Origin: Candidatus Cloacimonadales bacterium
GTDB lineage: Bacteria; Cloacimonadota; Cloacimonadia; Cloacimonadales; JAIOQZ01
DNA length: 64,000 nucleotides
Assembly: GCA_963662655.2 (NCBI GenBank)
Contig: CAXXTU010000002.1
Coordinates: 96,001-160,000, forward strand
Direction: 5' to 3'
Below the pieces are notes generated by a model that was not told the origin of the DNA, ran no database searches, and worked only from the letters and a program-made list of their open reading frames with translations. The position numbers and the translations under genes are program-made. How positions within the stretch are numbered: the stretch's first letter is position 1; every line of letters starts with the position of its first letter. Positions 57,852-64,000 of this stretch are shown here, piece after piece.

Positions 57852-57920
57852 TGAGACGGATGGCGGACTTGAGCTATCGCTACGATGAGCGTGGTTCCAT
57901 AGGGGAGAAACGGCGGAGAA

Positions 57921-58499
57921 CTAGGGTTTGAGGAGCTTCTGCCAGTCAACCGGGCCTTTCACGAATCGATCGACAAGCATCTGGTAGGCCTGTGTGTTGC
58001 CCTCTTCAAAGAACTTGAGAACGTTGTCCCACTCCTGGCCAGAAAGAAATCCTGTTTCGTAGGCAGTTAGCAGCGTATGGCTTTCGTCGATCAGGTTGAA
58101 CTCGACGATGGTGTACATGTTGGCCGAAGCCTTCTGGACGCTTTCGGGAAACCCTTTTCCAAGCGGTGATTGCAACGTTATCATCTTCCACGGGATGAAG
58201 TTGACGATGAAATTTATGACCGTGCCGGCGTCTCCGATCTCACCATCGAGATCGTACCGGCTTTTCAAGGTTCCTCCGCTCCGGAAATCGATTTCGCATT
58301 TCGGAACCGCCCATGTTTCGAGCCCTTCTTTCGTCGTATAAGCTTCCCAAACATCCTCGAAGGGTGCCGGAACCACCACTTCGTGGATCAAGACACGCTC
58401 TCCGTTCTCGTGCGTTATTACACGCACTTCCACGTCCTGCGCAAAGCCCGGAATGATGGCAAGCAATGCGAATAGGATAGCGATTACGTTTTTCCTCAT
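57921..58499 (-). CDS. Secreted SRPBCC/AHSA1-domain protein
   Basis: Signal peptide; V.AP.E.VWEA.T..EGL..W..D.R.GG. Confidence 0.78.
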   Translation of the reverse strand: MRKNVIAILFALLAIIPGFAQDVEVRVITHENGERVLIHEVVVPAPFEDVWEAYTTKEGLETWAVPKCEIDFRSGGTLKSRYDLDGEIGDAGTVINFIVNFIPWKMITLQSPLGKGFPESVQKASANMYTIVEFNLIDESHTLLTAYETGFLSGQEWDNVLKFFEEGNTQAYQMLVDRFVKGPVDWQKLLKP

Positions 58500-60538
58500 G
58501 ATTGATTCCCCGAAGTTGTGTCGTCGAATTTCACCATGTACTCGTTATCGGCGTATTCATCGTATTCAACGGTCTCGAGATGCTTGAACTGTTCCAGGAT
58601 TTTCTGGATACGCTGTATCGACTTGTTAATGTTGCCGAAATATTGTATCTGCTTCTCGTTGAGCTGCTCGGTGGGTGTGGTCATCTCGAGCATTTCAAGC
58701 GAACCGCGTAAAATCATTAACGGCTGATTGAGCTCGTGATTTGCGGTAACGGCCATAGCAAGAGCGGAAGATTTTCTCTCGAGCTCGAGCTGATTCTTCT
58801 CGCTCTTCTTGCGCATCGTTATATCACGGATACTGGCGATGATCGCTTCCTTTCCCTGATACTCGATGCGACTGAAAACAACCTCGGAATCGAAGATATT
58901 CTTTCCCGAAGGATCGCAGGATATCCACTCGCGGATGATCGTGTTTCCCTGCAAGACTCTCTCCCAAATCTCGGGAAGCTGGCTCAATGGATTCCGCTTG
59001 TCGGAGAAATCGAACTGGAAATAGGAGGCCAGTGCGCTTTGCTCCGTCGTCTGGAAAAGACTCAGGGCTTGTTTGTTCACGCTGAGGACTTTCCCGTTGC
59101 GGTTCAGAATCATGATTGCGTCGTGGACGCTGTCGAAGATGGATCGAAGCGTGTTCTCGGAGTGGCGCAGGGAATTTCCCATTCGCTCCACCATCTTGAT
59201 CTCGTCCCGCAGCTCCCTTGTACGATCCTCCACAGCTTTTTGAAGCTCCTGTGATGCGGCAAGCTTGCGCCGATACTGGAGGTAGATGAAGAATGAGGTC
59301 AGGAGTACGATAAACAGGCTGGTGGCAACGAGAAACAGTGCCAGATTGCGTCTCTGGAGCTGCATGTTGTTTATTTCCATGTTCTTCTGTACCAGTTCGC
59401 TCTCTCGTGTGCTGTTCTCGATCTCATAGGCTGTGTTCAATTTGGCTATTTGCTCGTTCGCCAACGTAACGGCAAGGCTGTCGTCAAGATTGTTGAATTT
59501 AATGTAATAATCGAGCGCGAGCTTTGGGTTCTTCTGTTTCTGGTATATCTCATAATACATGAAATAGCAATGGCGTACATAACTTCTCGCGACCTGGGTA
59601 TGGATCGGTCTCAGCGCTTCCAAAGCTCGATCGAGATACTCCCGGGAAAGGTTGAGCTTTCCCCAGTTGAAATACAGAACGGCGATGTTTCGTAATGCGC
59701 TTCCATAGAGCTCTCTTCTTCCCGAGTGCTTTCTGATATCGAGAGCTTTCTCGTTATATTTGAGACTGTTGTTGAAGTCCCCTAGCTTGTAGTAGGCGAA
59801 AGCAAGATCGGTGTAGGTATCCGAAATATCCATTCTTCTGTTGAGATTCTCGAATTTCTTCAGCAGGTCTTTGTAGAAAATGACAGCCTTGTAGTATTCT
59901 CCCATGTCGAGATAGGCCTTCCCAATATAGTTAAGGGCATGGTAAACACCATATTGATCTCCCACAGAACGATATAACTGCTCTGCGATACCGTAATAAG
60001 CGATAGCGTGATTGGTCTCGCCCCGGTTCAGATAGGTCTGGGCAATTTCTTGAAAGATATCCGCCCTCTGCTCCGTTTCGCTCTCATCGAGGTAACCGAG
60101 GGCTTTCCTGTAAAACGTCAGGGCCATGCTGTAGTTTTCGACGTAAAAGTATATCTTACCAATGTATTTAATTGTGCTGGCTATTCCTGATGGATTGTCG
60201 ATCTTCTCGTTCAGGTGATAGGACTCGAGAAAATACGACATCGCCTTGTCGAAGTCGCCCAACAGCCGATAGCATTCTCCAATAATGATGAGAGCTTTAA
60301 TCTGCTGATCGATATCCTGCATACGTCTTGCAATACTGAGCGCTCGCTGGCTATACCCCAGTGCGCGAACAGCGTCGAAATCAAACTCCGAATCGAGCAA
60401 ATCCTCGGATGCCTGAAGCAGTTGCTCCGTCTTCTCGGCTTGAGAAAGGTTTTGCAGATTGATTTCAAGACTATCTGCGGATTCCACCCCATATACAAGA
60501 ACTGGGAGAAAAAGCAGAACGATGAGAATTTTTCGCAT
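58496..60538 (-). CDS. TPR-TM-PAS-HisKA sensor lacking the HATPase domain
   Basis: Signal peptide, TPR repeats, TM, L...V..RT.EL coiled coil, PAS ending RDIT.RK, H-box ANHELNQPL; ends about 70 aa later. Confidence 0.82.
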   Translation of the reverse strand: MRKILIVLLFLPVLVYGVESADSLEINLQNLSQAEKTEQLLQASEDLLDSEFDFDAVRALGYSQRALSIARRMQDIDQQIKALIIIGECYRLLGDFDKAMSYFLESYHLNEKIDNPSGIASTIKYIGKIYFYVENYSMALTFYRKALGYLDESETEQRADIFQEIAQTYLNRGETNHAIAYYGIAEQLYRSVGDQYGVYHALNYIGKAYLDMGEYYKAVIFYKDLLKKFENLNRRMDISDTYTDLAFAYYKLGDFNNSLKYNEKALDIRKHSGRRELYGSALRNIAVLYFNWGKLNLSREYLDRALEALRPIHTQVARSYVRHCYFMYYEIYQKQKNPKLALDYYIKFNNLDDSLAVTLANEQIAKLNTAYEIENSTRESELVQKNMEINNMQLQRRNLALFLVATSLFIVLLTSFFIYLQYRRKLAASQELQKAVEDRTRELRDEIKMVERMGNSLRHSENTLRSIFDSVHDAIMILNRNGKVLSVNKQALSLFQTTEQSALASYFQFDFSDKRNPLSQLPEIWERVLQGNTIIREWISCDPSGKNIFDSEVVFSRIEYQGKEAIIASIRDITMRKKSEKNQLELERKSSALAMAVTANHELNQPLMILRGSLEMLEMTTPTEQLNEKQIQYFGNINKSIQRIQKILEQFKHLETVEYDEYADNEYMVKFDDTTSGNQS

Positions 60539-60713
60539 AAACAGCCTATAGCAAGACAATAATTTTTTTATTGAACAATGAGTATTTTACTCGAAGAACT
60601 CCATGTCACTTCAAAGACAAAGCTGAAATTCCGACAAATGCTTACTTTGTCAATCGAATTTGATATCGTTGCATTCGAAAAAATTCCGTCTGGCAACGAG
60701 TCCTATCATATCG

Positions 60714-61469
60714 TTAGCTTGTCTTCTTGCCTACCGGCGCAATGTAAACCGTGAATTCCTCATCCCCGTCAACGCGAAGAAGCTCGTCGACTTTTTGCTG
60801 ATGGTACGCGCCGATAGCGCATGTCCCTGCCTGGATTGCCTCGCATGCGAGATACAGGTTCTGGCAGAGATGCCCGGCATCCACTGCGATGACCTTATGA
60901 GCCACTTCGACGTATCTCCATTCCATCCTGTAGGGAATGGCTGTCCACAAGAAAGTAACGGCGGCGGTACCGGCAAACTGCTGTCCATGAACAGCTTCAA
61001 TGAGCTTCGTTTCGTGCTCTTTTTCGCTGAAGAGAAACATCAGAGCATGCTCGATGGGGAGGTAGCGATAGAATCCCTTTGTCAACCCGTCCACATTCCG
61101 CACAGCGAGATAGGTCTCGAACGCGTGGCGGTTACCCGCGGACGGCACGGTACGGAAGATTCGTTTCGGATTGTCGAAATCCCTGATTCCCTGCGTCGTC
61201 CACAGGAGAAAGGACAGTTCTTGCAAGGTTATCGCTTCATCGGAGAATTTCCGGTGGCTCTTCCGTTGCTGGATCGCCGCGAGAAGCGAAATCTCGGGAA
61301 TCTCGTTCCACTCTTCGGGTGGAGAGAACATAATAAGATGTGTTCCATCGGGATACGGCTTCTGAATGGGAGGCATGGGAAAGCCATTCTGCTGGTCGGC
61401 TTTGCTGAAATCGGCATGAAGCCTGATGGTGTCTTTCAAAAACTCTCGGGCGGTATCGAATCGGCTCAT
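60714..61469 (-). CDS. SagB/ThcOx-type nitroreductase-family dehydrogenase
   Basis: RKSHR.F, RTVPSAG..H..E.Y, W+Y...D.GH..QN.YL. Confidence 0.85.
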   Translation of the reverse strand: MSRFDTAREFLKDTIRLHADFSKADQQNGFPMPPIQKPYPDGTHLIMFSPPEEWNEIPEISLLAAIQQRKSHRKFSDEAITLQELSFLLWTTQGIRDFDNPKRIFRTVPSAGNRHAFETYLAVRNVDGLTKGFYRYLPIEHALMFLFSEKEHETKLIEAVHGQQFAGTAAVTFLWTAIPYRMEWRYVEVAHKVIAVDAGHLCQNLYLACEAIQAGTCAIGAYHQQKVDELLRVDGDEEFTVYIAPVGKKTS

Positions 61470-61480
61470 TACTTGACTCC

Positions 61481-62179
61481 TTAGATGAGTATTTTTTCTC
61501 GTACGAAGGACAGGAAATCGTTGTCTCCTATCACGATGTGGTCCAGAACCTGGATTTCCACCAACTCCAGCGCTTCCCGGATTTGCCGGGTTATCAGGAT
61601 GTCGTCCCTGGATGGCGTTGTGTTTCCTCCCGGGTGGTTGTGAACAAGGATAACTGCGTGGGCGTGATGCATGAGGGCGTTCTCGACGATCTTCCGCTTG
61701 TAGATGGCCGATTGATTGAGGGTGCCGTGAAACAGCGTTTCTTCAGCGATAATCATGTTCTGCGTGTTGAGGAATATCACTTTGAATTCCTCGGTCTTCT
61801 TACCCTTGTAATGCGTTTTCAGATACTTGACGACATCATCGGCGCTGGAGACGTAATCATGGTTCAATATCTTCTCTCTCAGATGGAAGCAATTCACGTC
61901 GCGCAGGAGCTTAAGCAAGACCGCGGAGCGCTCTCCAAGCCCCTCCACTTCGATGAGCTGACTGACGGGAGCATTCAACACGCCGGTAAGATTACCGAAT
62001 CTGCGGATCAGCTCCTTGGCGAGGCTGCGCGTGTCCTTACGGACAATCGAGTAGGACAGGACGAGTTCCAGTACTTCGTAGTCATGGAATCCATCCAGGC
62101 CGTCCCTGACAAAGCGGTCTCGCATTCGCTGTTTGTGAAGCTGCTGGTCGTCACCGGGAAGTTTCGTCCTGGTCGGCAT
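61481..62179 (-). CDS. radC: RadC family JAB-domain protein
   Basis: E.LEL.L, HhH EVEGLG, HNHP.G...PS..D, LDH++IG. Confidence 0.93.
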   Translation of the reverse strand: MPTRTKLPGDDQQLHKQRMRDRFVRDGLDGFHDYEVLELVLSYSIVRKDTRSLAKELIRRFGNLTGVLNAPVSQLIEVEGLGERSAVLLKLLRDVNCFHLREKILNHDYVSSADDVVKYLKTHYKGKKTEEFKVIFLNTQNMIIAEETLFHGTLNQSAIYKRKIVENALMHHAHAVILVHNHPGGNTTPSRDDILITRQIREALELVEIQVLDHIVIGDNDFLSFVREKILI

Positions 62180-62182
62180 TGG

Positions 62183-62626
62183 TTACGACTTCTCTCCCCG
62201 GACAAGCCAGGGCTCGATGCGATCCTTATGCTTTTCGGAGAAATAGGTGTATTTGCTGCGGCTGAAACCGTTCTCATCGAACAGGCGGTCGAACAAGTCG
62301 ATCACGCGACGGTGAGAAATGAAGCTCTTGACGACGATGGCGAATCGAACCAGCTTCTTGCTGAATAGCAGTTGTTTATACTCGTCGAGGACTTTTGCGA
62401 TTTTATAAAGGTTCGTTTGGCGGGAATTCACGTGCTTCGCATTGAATACCAGCAGGAAACTGCGGAATGATCTGGAATCGTTTACGATAAATTCCAAACA
62501 TTGCTTCAATACCGGTTCCGCGTTGCTGAGCTTCAGCTCGTAGACCTGAACAGTTTCTTTCCCCAATTGCAGCGGGTAACGTGCAACCGATTCTTCCGCT
62601 TTATCGAAAATATCCTGTAAAGGCAT
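62183..62626 (-). CDS. Hypothetical protein, possible STAS/SEC14 (SpoIIAA-like) fold
   Basis: AAGGAG RBS; RFAIVV...YF......PWL pattern. Confidence 0.5.
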   Translation of the reverse strand: MPLQDIFDKAEESVARYPLQLGKETVQVYELKLSNAEPVLKQCLEFIVNDSRSFRSFLLVFNAKHVNSRQTNLYKIAKVLDEYKQLLFSKKLVRFAIVVKSFISHRRVIDLFDRLFDENGFSRSKYTYFSEKHKDRIEPWLVRGEKS

Positions 62627-62665
62627 GACAACTCCTTGGATGCTTTCTTCGAAACTAGTATATTA

Positions 62666-63649
62666 TCATTTCACACTGTTTGCAAGATAAATAATATGCT
62701 TCAGGATTCGAACTGCGTTCGTGGCAGCGCCGAGGCGAACGTTGTGGCCGACATTCCAGAACCGTAACGAGTTGTCGTCGAGTCCTTTCCTTACCCGGCA
62801 GATAAAGCTTTTATCCGAGTCTCCGATTTCAGCGGGAGTAAAAAAATCTTCCCGCAGGACGCTCAGGCCCGGGCTGGTTTCGAGAATGTCCAAGGCAACC
62901 ACGGGCGAAACCGGCTTCTCGCACTCGATGTAAACGCTTTCGCTGTGCCCGTAAAGCACGGGCACTCGCACCGTTTCGGCGGAAACCTGGATGCTATCAT
63001 TGCCGAGTATCTTGCATATCTCGCTGTGCATCTTCAATTCTTCCTCGCAGTACCCATCCTCCGAGAATGCGCCAATCTGCGGGATGACATTCATGTCGAT
63101 CCTGCGCGTAAACACACGATGCTCAGGCGAGCCTTCCCTCTGCGCGAGGAGCTCCTGGATACCTTTGTTACCCGCGCCCGAAACGGACTGGAAAGTCGTG
63201 ACGATAACCTTCTTCAGGCCGAATTCCCTGGCGAGAGGATGCAGGGCGAGCACGAGCTGGATGGTCGAGCAATTAGGGTTCGCGATGATACCTCGATAGT
63301 TCTGCAGCAGGTGGCCGTTGATCTCGGGGACAACCAGAGGAATGACGGGATCCTTGCGGAAGGCAGAGGAATTGTCGATGATCGTGTTTCCGGCTTTCTG
63401 TGCGATGGGAGAGAATTTTCTGGAGGTTTCGCCCCCCGGGGAGAACAACAGGAAATCGTATTCCTTCTGCATGGCTTCTGCGGTTAACGGCTGTACTGAT
63501 ATGCTTTTACCGCGATATTCCAATTGAGTGCCGGTTGACCTGGGGGATGCGAAGAGCTCGAGGTTATCGATAGAAACTTGTTGCTCATCGAGCAGGCGAA
63601 TCATCATCCGCCCCACGGTTCCGGTTGCGCCGACGATACCAATGTGCAT
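62666..63649 (-). CDS. asd: Aspartate-semialdehyde dehydrogenase
   Basis: VGATG.VG, IDNSSAFR, VVPEIN, ANPNCST, QSVSGAG, RVPV..GHSE, GAATNAV. Confidence 0.96.
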   Translation of the reverse strand: MHIGIVGATGTVGRMMIRLLDEQQVSIDNLELFASPRSTGTQLEYRGKSISVQPLTAEAMQKEYDFLLFSPGGETSRKFSPIAQKAGNTIIDNSSAFRKDPVIPLVVPEINGHLLQNYRGIIANPNCSTIQLVLALHPLAREFGLKKVIVTTFQSVSGAGNKGIQELLAQREGSPEHRVFTRRIDMNVIPQIGAFSEDGYCEEELKMHSEICKILGNDSIQVSAETVRVPVLYGHSESVYIECEKPVSPVVALDILETSPGLSVLREDFFTPAEIGDSDKSFICRVRKGLDDNSLRFWNVGHNVRLGAATNAVRILKHIIYLANSVK

Positions 63650-63743
63650 AATGTGTCCTTACGATGATATTCTTCAATTGTCGTCATTCTATCGATGCGG
63701 ACAATTTCTCACAAGAAAAATCCAGAGGAAATAGCGAGAGCAC

Positions 63744-63780
63744 AAAAAAAACCGCTGCACTTGGTAAAGTATCAGCGGTT
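63744..63780 (-). terminator. Terminator after the last (partial) gene
   Basis: AACCGCTG/CAGCGGTT stem with T8 on minus strand. Confidence 0.65.
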
Positions 63781-63797
63781 AAAAAACTTGTTGAAAG

Positions 63798-64000
63798 TTA
63801 CTCGATTGCGTCAACGACGATACCTACGGTGATAGCGCCGATCGTTTTATCCCCGTCTTTAACAGGCACCGAAACCTGAACGGTCTCTTGTTCGGTACTG
63901 GCGTCGTACTTCTTCTCGTCGATGAAAATCTTGCCAGCTCCACCAGCGAATGACGCAGTAAATTTCTCCTCATCTCCCTGCCAGTAATCAGAGGTGAAAT
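63798..64000 (-). CDS. 3' end of a PDC/Cache-like sensor-domain protein (partial, not in ORF track)
   Basis: My translation: FTSDYWQGDEEKFTASFAGGAGKIFIDEKKYDASTEQETVQVSVPVKDGDKTIGAITVGIVVDAIE*. Confidence 0.7.
   Translation of the reverse strand, partial: FTSDYWQGDEEKFTASFAGGAGKIFIDEKKYDASTEQETVQVSVPVKDGDKTIGAITVGIVVDAIE

Noticed and set aside
60714..61469. SagB-like gene as a RiPP cluster
   Set aside because: No YcaO, precursor or transporter nearby
61481..62179. radC as a mobile-element marker
   Set aside because: Full-length HhH+JAB chromosomal form among housekeeping genes

Overview
Core-genome-like 64 kb region of a moderately GC-rich, probably anaerobic diderm bacterium. A Candidatus Cloacimonadota/FCB-like origin is inferred from the FlgD-Ig C-terminal sorting domain, the MurE-MurF fusion, class II RNR and amino-acid catabolism genes; this was not verified. 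The window holds a complete dcw cluster (mraZ to ftsZ, fused murE-murF, no ddl), lon, nrdJ, aspS, purN, argF/arcB, trmFO, asparaginase, a PEPCK-like gene, tcdA/tatD, a CIRCE-preceded hsp20 pair, a truncated flagellin, a pilin and prepilin peptidase, two large secreted proteins, radC and asd. The most striking unexplained signal is a family of intergenic palindromic elements (~30243-30450, ~57714-57875, a collapsed copy at ~4911). The two full copies fold into near-perfect four-way junctions with GNA triloops and share the outer stem, terminal arm and 3' tail, but have unrelated inner arms. Other oddities: several catalytically degenerate signalling proteins (CheB, CheD, a kinase lacking its ATPase domain), two microproteins in or next to the dcw operon, a TatD with no canonical start, and two frameshifted genes (ABC-F; DUF2569-like with a C25 tract). 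No rRNA, tRNA, CRISPR array, transposase or integrase was recognised.
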